A stretch of DNA of 64,000 bases from an uncultured delta proteobacterium (GTDB taxonomy: Bacteria; Myxococcota_A; UBA9160; UBA4427), in contig CAWGJT010000015.1 in assembly GCA_963822965.1 (NCBI GenBank), positions 194,219-258,218 on the forward strand. The letters run 5' to 3'. Numbering within the stretch: position 1 is the stretch's first letter; every line of letters starts with the position of its first letter. This document shows positions 51,381 through 61,485 of this stretch, piece after piece. The notes below the pieces were generated by a model, which made no database searches, was not told the DNA's origin, and saw nothing but the letters and a program-made list of their open reading frames with translations. A program made the translations under genes and the position numbers.

Positions 51381-52013
51381 CTATCGAGGAGCGGGCTCGA
51401 GCCGGCCCTTGGTTCGGACGTGAACCTGGACGACCTTGTCGACGCTCAGCAGGAAGGTGCTCGGATCCTCGCAACCCCAGTCGAGATACGGCACCGGGAA
51501 GTGCGCATCGAGCTCTGCCTCTGGACCCGTCAGACGGACGGTGGCGGTGATGCTGAGCGGCCGGGATTGCCCGTGGAGCTCGAGCGTGCCCTCGACCCGG
51601 ACCTCGGCTTCGGAGCCACTGCGGCTCACGACGACGAGCTGCTCGGGCCGGAACACGATGCGCGGATGGTGCTCGCTGTCCAGCACGTTCGAATGGAGCT
51701 TGTCGTCGCGCCACCCGTTGCCCGTCTCGAGACTGGTGGCGTCCACTTCGATCGCGCCGCTGGCCGCTCCGCCCGCCGGATCGAAGTGGAGCACTCCCGA
51801 CACGAGGTGCGCGGTACCTTCGACGCGGTGCAGGGTCGAGTCCACCTCGAACTCGACCTGGGTGGCGGCAGGGTCGAGCGTCAGGGTCGTCGGGTTCTGG
51901 GTCGGGTCTTCCGCGGAGCTCGCGCCGACCGGCGAAGCGACGCAGAGCGCGAGCACGCCGATGCATCCGATCCAGACCCTGCGAAGCCATCTCGAGCCAT
52001 CGGTCTCGCTCAC
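51381..52013 (-). CDS. YceI-family lipid/polyisoprenoid-binding protein
   Basis: Signal-like segment; HRVEG, LETGNGWRDDKLH, HPRIVF, GTLELHG; start approximate. Confidence 0.85.
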   Translation of the reverse strand: MSETDGSRWLRRVWIGCIGVLALCVASPVGASSAEDPTQNPTTLTLDPAATQVEFEVDSTLHRVEGTAHLVSGVLHFDPAGGAASGAIEVDATSLETGNGWRDDKLHSNVLDSEHHPRIVFRPEQLVVVSRSGSEAEVRVEGTLELHGQSRPLSITATVRLTGPEAELDAHFPVPYLDWGCEDPSTFLLSVDKVVQVHVRTKGRLEPAPR

Positions 52014-52341
52014 CGCATCACCCCCAGGTCCAGTGTTCACGATCGCGTATCCCGGACTCCACGATCCGCACGAACGCGGCGCGCCGCGGGCGGTCGGCCC
52101 AGAGCGCGCCGGGGGGCGTCATGCGGGCCCCTGTACGATGAAGCGAGCGAGCGTTTGGTTCCGACACCGCAGACGCTTGCGGTGTCTGGGGCCAGGCGCC
52201 CCGACCCATCGAGGCCCAACGGGTCTGGAGGTAGCACCTCGCCCGGGCAGCCGCACCGTTCGGTCTCGCGAACTTCGGATCTGTCGGTCCGCAGAAGACC
52301 GTCACGGGCATGTCGGCATCGCGATCACTGCGGAGTTCGGC

Positions 52342-52371
52342 GCTGTTCCTGCCGGATCCGGCAGGAACAGC
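52342..52371. repeat. Perfect 30-bp palindrome
   Basis: GCTGTTCCTGCCGGATCCGGCAGGAACAGC equals its own reverse complement. Confidence 0.95.
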
Positions 52372-52434
52372 CACGGGAATCTCCCTCTACCCCCCCCACG
52401 TGCAACCTTCGCGTCCCCTAGCAACGCCACGCGA

Positions 52435-52450
52435 TGGCACGCCGCTTGCT
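52435..52450 (+). promoter_or_regulatory. Sigma54 promoter
   Basis: TGGCACGCCGCTTGCT matches consensus TGGCACG-N4-TTGCW. Confidence 0.8.
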
Positions 52451-52559
52451 CACGCCCCTTGCTCGAGGCGATCGCCAGGGATCGAAGGCCATCGACGCTT
52501 TGCAGGAACCGTTCGGCGCGGGTCGGCGTCAAGCGTTCGAGAGTCCAGGAGGTTCCGTC

Positions 52560-53123
52560 ATGAATCGAATCGTGAAGCAGGTCATCCTTCCGCTGCTGCC
52601 GACGGGCGCACACATCTGGCTGCGGGCGCGAAAGCAGGCCGCGAAGCTGCAGGATCACCGCGACGTCGAGTTCGTCAGCGTCACCCCCGAGCTCGTCTTG
52701 GAGACGTGCTGGAAGGACGTCGCAGCAGGCAAGGGGCCCTGCCTCATCGTCTGGTTCGAGCACCGCAGAATCTTGAAGTTCGACTGCTTCGGGAAGGAGC
52801 ACGGGCACTACCACATCTCGTTGCCGGGGCACTCGGCGCGGCGCGCCGAGCTCGATCGCCTCTTCCTTCCCGAGCAGACGATCGAGGCCCAGATCGAGCG
52901 CGTCATGTTCGAGCTGCGGACGAACATCCTCTACTACCTGGCGCGGGCCCCCTACCATCGCGCGCGCTGGGCGACGATTCCGGACGACGCGCTGATCCGC
53001 GGCATCGAGCAGGCGCGCGGTCTGTTGTACCGACACATGGCATCGGCCCGGGCGCACGGCTCGGGTCCGATCCCGGGAGCGCTCGCGAGCCCGGGGCGTG
53101 AAGCTCGTTCCCGACCCGGCTAG
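52560..53123 (+). CDS. Hypothetical protein (LKFDCF...GHYH motif)
   Basis: AGGAGG RBS, ATG, codon pattern typical of this genome, 187 aa. Confidence 0.7.
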   Translation: MNRIVKQVILPLLPTGAHIWLRARKQAAKLQDHRDVEFVSVTPELVLETCWKDVAAGKGPCLIVWFEHRRILKFDCFGKEHGHYHISLPGHSARRAELDRLFLPEQTIEAQIERVMFELRTNILYYLARAPYHRARWATIPDDALIRGIEQARGLLYRHMASARAHGSGPIPGALASPGREARSRPG

Positions 53124-53314
53124 CCCCAATGCGTCATTCCTCGAGCTTCTCGCGTGCCGCAGAGCCCGCCAGCCCTTGCGGATCCCGCGAGATCGCTCGA
53201 ATCAGCCTGAGCGCGACGACCCCATCGTCGTGAGATTCCCCTCGGCCAGCCCCGACCCGAGCGTCGGCGAGGGGCCGCCGGTGGCGTGCCGAGGGGCCGC
53301 GTTAGAATCCCGGC

Positions 53315-54928
53315 ATGTCCACTCGACGGCTGAAGTTCTGGGGTTGGGGGTTCGAGGGCGAGGGGCCCGATGCCGAGGCGACGAAGAAGATCGCGGCGGC
53401 CCTGGCCCGCCGCTTCGAGCTCTCCGACGTTGCCGTCGTGTCTCCACCCGTCCTTTCCGAGATCGACCTGGCGGCGCCGCGTGTCCCCCGCCCTGCCGCG
53501 CTCGCGACGATCGTCACGGACGATCCCCACGAACGTGCGCGCCACAGCTTCGGCCGGTCGTACCGCGATCTGGTGCGGGCCTTCCGGCGCGACTTCGGCC
53601 ACGCGCCCGACTGGGTGGCCTTTCCCGAGAGCGAGCAGGACGTGACGGCCGTGCTCGACTGGTGTGGCTCGAAGGACATCGCGGTGATCCCGTTCGGCGG
53701 CGGCTCCAGCGTGGTGGGCGGCGTCGAGAGCGGGGTCGGGGGCGGCTACTCGGGCGTCGTGTCCCTCGACGTCACGCGCCTCGATCGGGTGCTCGAGATC
53801 GATCGCACCTCGCGCGCCGCCCGCATGCAGGCGGGCCTCTACGGTCCGGCCCTCGAGGACGCGTTACGGCCCCACGGCCTCACGCTCCGTCACTTCCCCC
53901 AGTCCTTCGAGTTCTCGACCCTCGGCGGCTGGCTCGCCACGCGCGCCGGCGGCCACTTCGCCACGCGCTACACCCACATCGACGACTTCTGCGAATCCCT
54001 GCGCGTGATCACGCCGCACGGCGTGAGCGAGTCGCGCCGACTTCCGGGCTCGGGGGCGGGACCCAGCCACGACCGCCTCTTCCTCGGCAGCGAGGGCGCC
54101 TTCGGGGTGATCACCGAGGCCTGGATGCGGCTCCAGGACCGGCCGACCTACCGCACCAACGCGAGCGTCGTCTTCCCCGGCTTCGAGCAGGCCGTCGAGG
54201 CCGTGCGTGCGCTCTCACAGAGCGGCCTGGAGCCAGCCAACTGCCGGCTGCTCGATCCGGGCGAATCCGCGTCCTCCGCCGGGGGGGACGGCAAGCAGGC
54301 GCTGTTGGTGCTGGCCTTCGAGTCCGCGGACCACGCCCTCGACGCGTGGATGCAACGGGCCGTGGAGATCTGCCGCGCGCATGGAGCCGACGTCCCGGAC
54401 GACGCGGTGCGCACCCGCACCGACGCCGGCGTCACTCGCGAGGGCGCCGCGGGCGCCTGGCGCAACAGCTTCGTGAGTGCCCCCTATGCGCGGGACGCCC
54501 TCGTGGCGGCGAGCTTCATCTCCGAAACCTTCGAGACCGCCATCACGTGGGATCGCTTCGCGGACTTCCACGCCAACGTGGTTGCCCGCGTGCGAGCGGC
54601 GATCGACCGGGTGTGCGGGAAGGGCACCCTCACCTGCCGCTTCACCCACGTCTACCCGGACGGGCCGGCCCCCTACTACACGATCGTCGCACCCGGCCGC
54701 CCCGGCGCCGAGCTCGAGCAGTGGGGCGAGATCAAGCAGGCGGCCTCGGATGCGGTGATCGAGCACGGCGGCACCATCACCCACCACCACGCCGTCGGCC
54801 GGGACCACCGCGCGTGGTACGACCGCCAGCGCTCGGGCCCCTTCGCCGACGCCCTGCGCGCCGTGAAGGCCCGGCTCGATCCCGCCGGCATCCTCAACCC
54901 CGGCGTCCTGGTCGATCCGCCCCGCTGA
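53315..54928 (+). CDS. FAD-binding oxidoreductase, alkyl-DHAP-synthase-like (bacterial type)
   Basis: KFWGWG, PFGGGSSVVGG, HFPQSFEFSTLGGWLATR, GSEGAFGVIT, ETFETA, THHHAVGR. Confidence 0.88.
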   Translation: MSTRRLKFWGWGFEGEGPDAEATKKIAAALARRFELSDVAVVSPPVLSEIDLAAPRVPRPAALATIVTDDPHERARHSFGRSYRDLVRAFRRDFGHAPDWVAFPESEQDVTAVLDWCGSKDIAVIPFGGGSSVVGGVESGVGGGYSGVVSLDVTRLDRVLEIDRTSRAARMQAGLYGPALEDALRPHGLTLRHFPQSFEFSTLGGWLATRAGGHFATRYTHIDDFCESLRVITPHGVSESRRLPGSGAGPSHDRLFLGSEGAFGVITEAWMRLQDRPTYRTNASVVFPGFEQAVEAVRALSQSGLEPANCRLLDPGESASSAGGDGKQALLVLAFESADHALDAWMQRAVEICRAHGADVPDDAVRTRTDAGVTREGAAGAWRNSFVSAPYARDALVAASFISETFETAITWDRFADFHANVVARVRAAIDRVCGKGTLTCRFTHVYPDGPAPYYTIVAPGRPGAELEQWGEIKQAASDAVIEHGGTITHHHAVGRDHRAWYDRQRSGPFADALRAVKARLDPAGILNPGVLVDPPR

Positions 54929-54956
54929 GCTGGGACCAGAGCCCCGCCCGACGCCG

Positions 54957-55327
54957 TCACGATCCCACACAGGCTTCGCTGGATCCGGCCTCGGCTCCAG
55001 CCGGCGCAGGCACGTGCAGCGCAAGCGGTGGACCTCGGCGAGGTCGGGGCGAATCCGCGCGGCGACGTCCCGGCGTCCGAGCGCCTCGTCGAAGCGCGCG
55101 AGCTGCATCAGGGCCTGACCGGCGGCGGCCTGGGCGTCCACCGACTGCGGCATGCGCCGGGCCGCCCGCTCGAAGTGGACGAGCGCGTCGCGCATCCTGC
55201 CGCGACTGCTCAGCTCCACGCCGACGTGCAGATTCGCGGTCGGATTGCCCGGATCGGCCTGCAGGGCTCGCCGGTGCCACGCGAGCGCCGCCTCGCGGTT
55301 CCCGGCCTCGCGATCCAGGTCGCCCAT
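54957..55327 (-). CDS. Short tetratricopeptide-repeat protein or fragment
   Basis: ALAWHRRALQADPGN...ALVHFERAARRMPQS...ARFDEAL; no in-frame stop nearby, so 3' end uncertain. Confidence 0.5.
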
Positions 55328-55395
55328 GGCGGCCTTTCGGATGCGTCGGGGCGCGAGCGGCGGCACGCCGCGCAATGCGGCGGTAGCGGGCGGCG

Positions 55396-56808
55396 TCAGG
55401 GTGGCGAGAGGTTCGGCGATCGAGGGAAGCGGCGCTCGATGAGCGCATCCGACGGCCGGGGATCCAGCGCGAAGGACTGCGGCTCCCGCGGCGAAGCCGG
55501 AGGCTTCTCGTAGACCAGGGCGACGGGCTCGCCGGCGAGGCGCGCCCGGTCCACGCCTTCCACGTAGCCGGGGATGCGATCGACCGGCGAGGTCCAGCGG
55601 GCGACGATCCGTTCCCGGGTTGCGAAGGCGATGTTCCACTGGAGCATCGGGTCCAGGCAGTACACGTGGCGGATGCCCAGCGCGTCGAGCTCGTCGACGA
55701 TCCGCCGGATCTGCGCCGGCCGGAATCCGCGAGACTGGACGCCGGCACCGTAGCTGACGGGAGAGAAGGCCTCGCGGATCTGGAGGCTGGCGCCACCCAC
55801 CAGCAGGACGCCGAACGCCGCCGCGGCCACCCGCCCGTCGACCACGCGGGACGCACACGCCAGCGCGATACACGACACCGGATAGAGCAGCAGCAGGTGT
55901 CGCGCCGCCAGCAGGCTCGCGGAGACGACGGGAAGGATCGCGAGAGGCGCCAGCGCATACAGCCAGAGCCGGCGGCTCCGGGCGAGGACGAGCGCCTGCT
56001 GGAACGCGGCCAGCCACAGGATCGAGACCCCCAGCGCCAGCGGGTCGGGCAGGCCGGCGCCGTCCACGTTCGGGGTGAAGAGGTGCGCGACCACGCGCAC
56101 GAGCGCCTCGGCGAAGGCACGCAGCGAGAAGCCCTGGGCGACCGGATTCCACACCGTCTCGCTCGACGGCCAGGCGAGCCACGCCAACACGGCCGCTGCT
56201 GCCAACGCGCTCGCGACTCCCTCGATGCGGTCGCGCCAACTCGGCGCGGTCGCGAACGCATGGGCGCCGACCACGCCGACGAAGGGCGCCGTGCTGGCGT
56301 GCGCCAGGACCGCCAGCGGAAGGACCGGCCCGATCCAGCGCCGGCGGACGCCCCGCTCGAGCAGCAGGATCAGGACCAGGCACGCGGCCAGACCCACCAG
56401 GTGGCCGCCGGCCACCTTGAGGCTCCAGTAGGTGGAAACGGGACACAGCCCGAACAGGGCCGCGGCGATCCACGCCGCCCGTCGCCCCGCCATGGTGGCC
56501 GCGATGGCGGCCACCAGCCCCAGGTTCACGAGCCAGAGGAGGAGACCGACGGCCTGGAGCGCCTCCTCCGAGGTGCCGAACAAGGCGAACACCGCGGCCG
56601 CGAGGTGCGCCTCCAGCCCACCGCCGGCGCCGTAGTGCACGCCGTACGGGTAGATCGGATGCTCCCCGCCCTCCAGGATGTGCAGGGCCATCAGCCCGGT
56701 CACCGCCTCGTCGCCGTCCGGCATCGACTGGCTGGTCTGCAGCAGCACGACCTTCCAGGCCACCGACAGGACGAGGACCCCGCAGAGGATCCCGCCGACG
56801 TACCTCAT
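55396..56808 (-). CDS. Membrane glycosyltransferase (ArnT/PMT GT-C-like)
   Basis: DGDEAVTGLMALHI loop, YPYGVHYG, many TM helices; ATGA overlap with the AKR gene. Confidence 0.7.
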   Translation of the reverse strand: MRYVGGILCGVLVLSVAWKVVLLQTSQSMPDGDEAVTGLMALHILEGGEHPIYPYGVHYGAGGGLEAHLAAAVFALFGTSEEALQAVGLLLWLVNLGLVAAIAATMAGRRAAWIAAALFGLCPVSTYWSLKVAGGHLVGLAACLVLILLLERGVRRRWIGPVLPLAVLAHASTAPFVGVVGAHAFATAPSWRDRIEGVASALAAAAVLAWLAWPSSETVWNPVAQGFSLRAFAEALVRVVAHLFTPNVDGAGLPDPLALGVSILWLAAFQQALVLARSRRLWLYALAPLAILPVVSASLLAARHLLLLYPVSCIALACASRVVDGRVAAAAFGVLLVGGASLQIREAFSPVSYGAGVQSRGFRPAQIRRIVDELDALGIRHVYCLDPMLQWNIAFATRERIVARWTSPVDRIPGYVEGVDRARLAGEPVALVYEKPPASPREPQSFALDPRPSDALIERRFPRSPNLSPP

Positions 56809-57740
56809 CGAGCGACGAGCGCGGCGACCTCGGCTCGCTGCTCGGCAGCGAGCTTCCAGCTCGCGGCGCCGGCGTTGGCCGCGACCTGCTCGGGCCGCGT
56901 AGCCCCCGCGATGACGGACACCACGACCGGGCTCGAGGCGAGCCAGGAGATCGCCAGCTCGAGCAGCGATCGACCGTGCGACGCCGCGTACTCGCGTAGC
57001 CGCTCCACCCGCTCGAGGGTGTCGTCCTCGACGAAGCGGGCGCGCTCGTCGTCCGACATGGCGGCGAGGCGCGTCCCCTCCGGAAGCGGCTGGTTGGGGT
57101 GTACCTTGCCGGTCAGCAGCCCCGACTCGAGGGGGAAGTACGGGATCAAGCCGAGGCCCAGCTGCTGGCACGCGGGAACCACCTTCTCCTCCGGCTCCCG
57201 ATGGAGCAGGCTGTATCGATTCTGGACGGTACGGAACGGCGTGAGCCCGCCCACAGCGGCGGCTTGGTGCGCCTCGTGCAGCCGGCCCGAGCCGAAGTTC
57301 GAGCAGCCGATCTCGCGCACCTTTCCTTCCCGCACCAGCTCGTGCAGGGCCCCCAGGGTCTCGGCCACGGGAACCTCCGGATCGGGAAAGTGGAGCTGGT
57401 AGTGGTCGATGCGCTCCATGCCCAGCCGCCGCAGGCTCTGCTCCGCCGCCGTCCGCACCCAGCGGGCGCTTCCGCGCGGCACGCCGTCCGGGCTGCTGCC
57501 CGGCGCCCCGAACTTGGTGGCGACCACGGCCCGCTCGCGCCGGCCGCGCAGGGCCTGGCCGAGATACTCCTCGGACCGCCCTCCCCCGTAGACGTCCGCC
57601 GTGTCGAAGAAGTCGATGCCCGCGTCGAGCGCGGCGCTCACCACCTCGCGCGTGCCCGTGGCATCCAGGCGCCGGCCGAAGTTGTTGCATCCGAGCCCCA
57701 CAGCCGAGACGGACAGGCTCCCAATCGAACGGTGCTCCAT
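56805..57740 (-). CDS. Aldo/keto reductase
   Basis: GLGCNNFG, FDTADVY, VATKFG, YQLHFPD, IGCSNF, QNRYSLL. Confidence 0.95.
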   Translation of the reverse strand: MEHRSIGSLSVSAVGLGCNNFGRRLDATGTREVVSAALDAGIDFFDTADVYGGGRSEEYLGQALRGRRERAVVATKFGAPGSSPDGVPRGSARWVRTAAEQSLRRLGMERIDHYQLHFPDPEVPVAETLGALHELVREGKVREIGCSNFGSGRLHEAHQAAAVGGLTPFRTVQNRYSLLHREPEEKVVPACQQLGLGLIPYFPLESGLLTGKVHPNQPLPEGTRLAAMSDDERARFVEDDTLERVERLREYAASHGRSLLELAISWLASSPVVVSVIAGATRPEQVAANAGAASWKLAAEQRAEVAALVAR

Positions 57741-57850
57741 GACTTCTCCTGGCCCCGCCCCACCCTACCACGCGCGCGTGCGCGGATCGAAGGATGCGAA
57801 GGCCTGGCGCCGGGGATTCGCGTTAACATCGCGCCGGAGGAAACGTCCAC

Positions 57851-58567
57851 ATGAGATCCGGTCTCTCGCGTCGCGCGGCGTGGCTGTCCACCGCCGCACT
57901 GCTGGCTGGCACCGCCTGCGCCGGAATGTCCGAGGCGCCCGGCACCACCTGGGTGCCGCCCGAGGTCCCTCGCGTCAAGGACGGCCTCGACCTGGTGACG
58001 GTCGACGCGCACTTCGAGCGCGAGTACCTGAAGCCGGGTCTCGACCTCTCGCGCTACCACGCCGTCATGCCGGTGCCGCTCGAGCTCGCCTACACGCCGG
58101 AGTGGGCGCGCATCCATCACCTCGACGACTTCGGGTCGCCGGACCTGGAATCCAGGAAGCGCCGCGAGCAGGCCGACCAGGCCGCCCTCGCCCGGCTCCG
58201 CGATCTCTTCCGCAAGGCGCTGGAGAAGCACCTGGCGGGCGACGGATCCTACCGGATCGTCGACGAGACCGGCCCGGGGGTCCTGGTCCTCTCGGCGAGC
58301 ATCGTCGACCTCGACCTGCAGCTCGCCGACGCAGACTTCGACGGCCGGACCAGCATCGACTACTCGGTCACGCCGCTGGGCGCCGTGGAGGCAAAGCTCG
58401 AGGACGGCGCAGACGGCAGCCTGCTGGGCGAGCTGCTGGACTCCAACCAGGAGCCCGACAGCCTCGAGCCAGAGGGAGCCTTCTGGAGCGGGATCGACGA
58501 CGCCTTCGATCTCTGGGCGGAGCGGTTCCGGGCGATGCTCGACGCCGGCGGGGGCGGCGCCCGGTGA
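57851..58567 (+). CDS. Putative lipoprotein (DUF3313-like)
   Basis: Lipobox-like AGTAC; DGLDLV...YLKPGLDLSRY; GPGVLVL. Confidence 0.65.
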   Translation: MRSGLSRRAAWLSTAALLAGTACAGMSEAPGTTWVPPEVPRVKDGLDLVTVDAHFEREYLKPGLDLSRYHAVMPVPLELAYTPEWARIHHLDDFGSPDLESRKRREQADQAALARLRDLFRKALEKHLAGDGSYRIVDETGPGVLVLSASIVDLDLQLADADFDGRTSIDYSVTPLGAVEAKLEDGADGSLLGELLDSNQEPDSLEPEGAFWSGIDDAFDLWAERFRAMLDAGGGGAR

Positions 58568-59523
58568 CGACGATCGAGCCGCGGCGGCTGCGCAGCCACG
58601 ACGGCACGCGTCTCACCTACTACACGGGCGGCGCCGACGAGGAGATAACGCTCGTCTTCTGTGGCGGCCTGGGCGGCGGCATCCACGTGTGGCAGTCGCT
58701 CTTCGAGCGCTTCGCGCCGCGCTTCCGCCTGCTTGCGTGGGACTACCGCGGCCTCTACGCCTCGGGGCCGTCCCACCGCCGCGCCTACGGCATCGAGCAT
58801 CACGCCCGGGACCTCCTGCACCTCCTCGACCACGAGGGGGTGCAGACGCCCGTGCTGCTGGGATGGAGCATGGGCGTCCAGGTGATGCTCGAGGCGCACC
58901 GCACCGAGCCAGAGCTCGCGCGGGGCCTCGTCGCCATCCACGGAACGCCGGGACGCCCGCTGCAGACCGCCTTCGGCTCCGACCTGCTGGAGCGCATCTT
59001 CCCGCCGCTCTCGCTGGTGATGCGCGGCGCGGGACGCCGCCTCGCCGGCACCGCACCGAGCCTCGCGCGCTCTCGTCTCGTGGCCGGAAGCTTCGTCTGG
59101 GCCAGCCAACGCCTGGGCTGGATGGCGCCCGAGATCGATCTCGCGCGCTTCCAGGACGTGGCGGCCGAGTGGCTGGGCCTCGACCTCGGGATCTACGCCG
59201 AGATCTTCCGGCGCATGGGTGAGCACGACGCGAGCGATCTCCTCTCGGCCATCCAGGTCCCCGCCCTCGTCATCGCAGGCGAGCGCGACCGATTCACCCC
59301 GAGCGAGACCGCGCGCCAGATGGTCGAGAGCATGCCTGCCGCCCGGCTCGAGATGCTGCCGGACGCCACCCACTTCGGACTGATCGAGTACCCGGACGCG
59401 ATCGCGGGCGCGGTCGAGCGCTACCTCTCGGAGACGCTCCACATCCCGGCGCCTTCCCCGGCGCCTGCGCCCCACCCGGGCGCTCGGCGTCGTGGCCGCC
59501 CCCGAGCCCCGGCCCCGGGCTGA
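58564..59523 (+). CDS. Alpha/beta hydrolase
   Basis: WDYRG, GWSMG (Ser), GERDRFTP (Asp), ATHF (His). Confidence 0.88.
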   Translation: MTTIEPRRLRSHDGTRLTYYTGGADEEITLVFCGGLGGGIHVWQSLFERFAPRFRLLAWDYRGLYASGPSHRRAYGIEHHARDLLHLLDHEGVQTPVLLGWSMGVQVMLEAHRTEPELARGLVAIHGTPGRPLQTAFGSDLLERIFPPLSLVMRGAGRRLAGTAPSLARSRLVAGSFVWASQRLGWMAPEIDLARFQDVAAEWLGLDLGIYAEIFRRMGEHDASDLLSAIQVPALVIAGERDRFTPSETARQMVESMPAARLEMLPDATHFGLIEYPDAIAGAVERYLSETLHIPAPSPAPAPHPGARRRGRPRAPAPG

Positions 59524-59532
59524 CGCGCCGGA

Positions 59533-61356
59533 TCACGGCTCGTCGGGGCCGAAGGCCTGGTTGCCGGCGCCGAACACGTCGGTGGGATCGACGGCGCCCT
59601 TGATGCGACGGCTCCACTCGAGCATCGCCGGCGACCAGACCCGCGGCAGGAAGCGCCGCCGGATCTTGCCGACTCCGTGGTGGTGGGAGAGCGAGCCGCC
59701 CTGACGCAGGACCTCGTCGCGGGCGGCCTGCTCGATTTCCGCATAGATCTCGCTCGGGTGTGGGATTCCCTTGAAGTAGAAGGCGAAGTAGAAGTAGACG
59801 GCCGCGCCGGTCGGGTAGAGCTGGGTGACGCGACAGGTGACGAAGGGCTTGCCCGGGAGGCTCCGCCGGGCGTGCTCCTCGCGGATGCGGCGCTTCACGT
59901 TCTCGCACAGCGGAATCACGCGGCTCCACGGCACGGAGGTCTCGAAGGATTCCGCCAACAGGTAGTGGTTCATGATCCAGTCGCGGATGTAGGCGATGCC
60001 GAAGGTCAGCTGGTATCCGCGCTCGCCGTTCTCCGACCCTGCGGCCAGACCGCCGTACTTCCGGGCAATGCGGTAGAGCTGCCGCTGCTGCGCGGCGACC
60101 TCCTCCTTCGATCCCTCGAAGACCAGGGTGCAGGCGGTCATGCGCTCGGGATCGAAGCCCTTGACCCGGGTCACGAAGGTCTTCTGGAGCCAGCTCTTGG
60201 CGACCGCGAGCCCCCGACGGCGTCCCTTGAGCATCTGCCCGAGCTGGAACTGGAGGTTGTCCATCAGCCGCACGCTCGCCGGTGGCGTCCCGTGCTGCTG
60301 CAGGTCGTAGAGGAAGCGAACGCCCCGCTCGAAGTCGGGGAACACCACCGAGCCGTAGACCTGGGCCTCGGGCAGCGGGAAGATCTGGACCACCGCCTTC
60401 GTGATGATGCCGAAGCTGCCCTCGGAGCCGAAGATCCAGCGGCGAACGTCGCCGACCCCCACCGATTCACGCGGCACCACCTCGTCCGGACGATCGAGCA
60501 CGCCACACGCCGTCACCACGGTGACGTCGAGCACCAGGTCCTCGATGTTGCCGTAGCGGTTCTTCTTCATGCCCGACGCATAGGTGGCGATCCAGCCGCC
60601 CAGGGTCGAGAACTCGATGCTGTCGGGCTCGTGTCCCATGGTGAATCCGTATCGCGACAGCTGCTCCGCGATGTGGCGGCCCACCGCCCCGGCCTGGATG
60701 CACGCCAGCCGGTTCTCCGGATCGATCCACAGCACGCGGTTCATGCGGCTCATGTCCACGGAGACGATGGAGCGATGCTCGCCGGACGGACATCGCAACG
60801 CATCGGTCACGTTGGTGCCGCCACCGTAGGGAATCAGCACGACCTCGTGGCGGCGCGCGGCCTCGACGAGGCCGACGACCTCGCTCTCGTCCCGGGGTCG
60901 CACGACGAGGTCGGGCACGCGCGGGAGCGACCCGTACTTGATGGCGTACATCTCCTCCTGGGTGTGACCGTGGCCGTGGCGGAGGCGCACCTCGGGATCG
61001 TCCGTGATCGCGGCCGGGCCGAGGAGCTTGCCGATCTCCTCCCGGAAGGCGGCGAAGCCCGGCCCCTCGACCGGTGGCGGAATGGCGGGCGGATAGCCGG
61101 GGGGGTTCAGGTCGTCCGGCGTGACCCCGGGATGGATCGTGCGCTGCACCCAGGGGAGCAGCTCCGCCAGCTCCTCCCCGCACAGCGGGTAGCGGGAGCC
61201 GGTGAGCTCGACCACCCCGTCCGGCCGGGCCCGGAACGCGGTATCGCGAAAGCCCCAGACGTCGAGGCTCTCTTCCTCGCCGGGCGCCGGGGCCAGCGGA
61301 TCCGGCGTGATGCGCGTGCTCTCCGTCGCTTCCCTGGCTTCCCTGGCTTCGCTCAC
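59533..61356 (-). CDS. agpS: Alkyldihydroxyacetonephosphate synthase (eukaryote-like AGPS)
   Basis: GHEPDSIEFSTLGGW, ASGMKKNRYGNIEDLV, PASVRLMDN, ESFETSVPW, YFYFAF, GGSLSHHHGVGK; start may be 61407. Confidence 0.88.
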   Translation of the reverse strand: MSEAREAREATESTRITPDPLAPAPGEEESLDVWGFRDTAFRARPDGVVELTGSRYPLCGEELAELLPWVQRTIHPGVTPDDLNPPGYPPAIPPPVEGPGFAAFREEIGKLLGPAAITDDPEVRLRHGHGHTQEEMYAIKYGSLPRVPDLVVRPRDESEVVGLVEAARRHEVVLIPYGGGTNVTDALRCPSGEHRSIVSVDMSRMNRVLWIDPENRLACIQAGAVGRHIAEQLSRYGFTMGHEPDSIEFSTLGGWIATYASGMKKNRYGNIEDLVLDVTVVTACGVLDRPDEVVPRESVGVGDVRRWIFGSEGSFGIITKAVVQIFPLPEAQVYGSVVFPDFERGVRFLYDLQQHGTPPASVRLMDNLQFQLGQMLKGRRRGLAVAKSWLQKTFVTRVKGFDPERMTACTLVFEGSKEEVAAQQRQLYRIARKYGGLAAGSENGERGYQLTFGIAYIRDWIMNHYLLAESFETSVPWSRVIPLCENVKRRIREEHARRSLPGKPFVTCRVTQLYPTGAAVYFYFAFYFKGIPHPSEIYAEIEQAARDEVLRQGGSLSHHHGVGKIRRRFLPRVWSPAMLEWSRRIKGAVDPTDVFGAGNQAFGPDEP

Positions 61357-61485
61357 GGGGCACCCCTCCGACGCTCCGAACGACACATCCCTGGGATTCG
61401 CCCGCATGCTACTGGCTCGGCGTGCGGGCTCGCGTGAGGGGAGGAAGGCCCACCTCCCGGCCCCGCGGCTCGCTCCGGGGACCCC

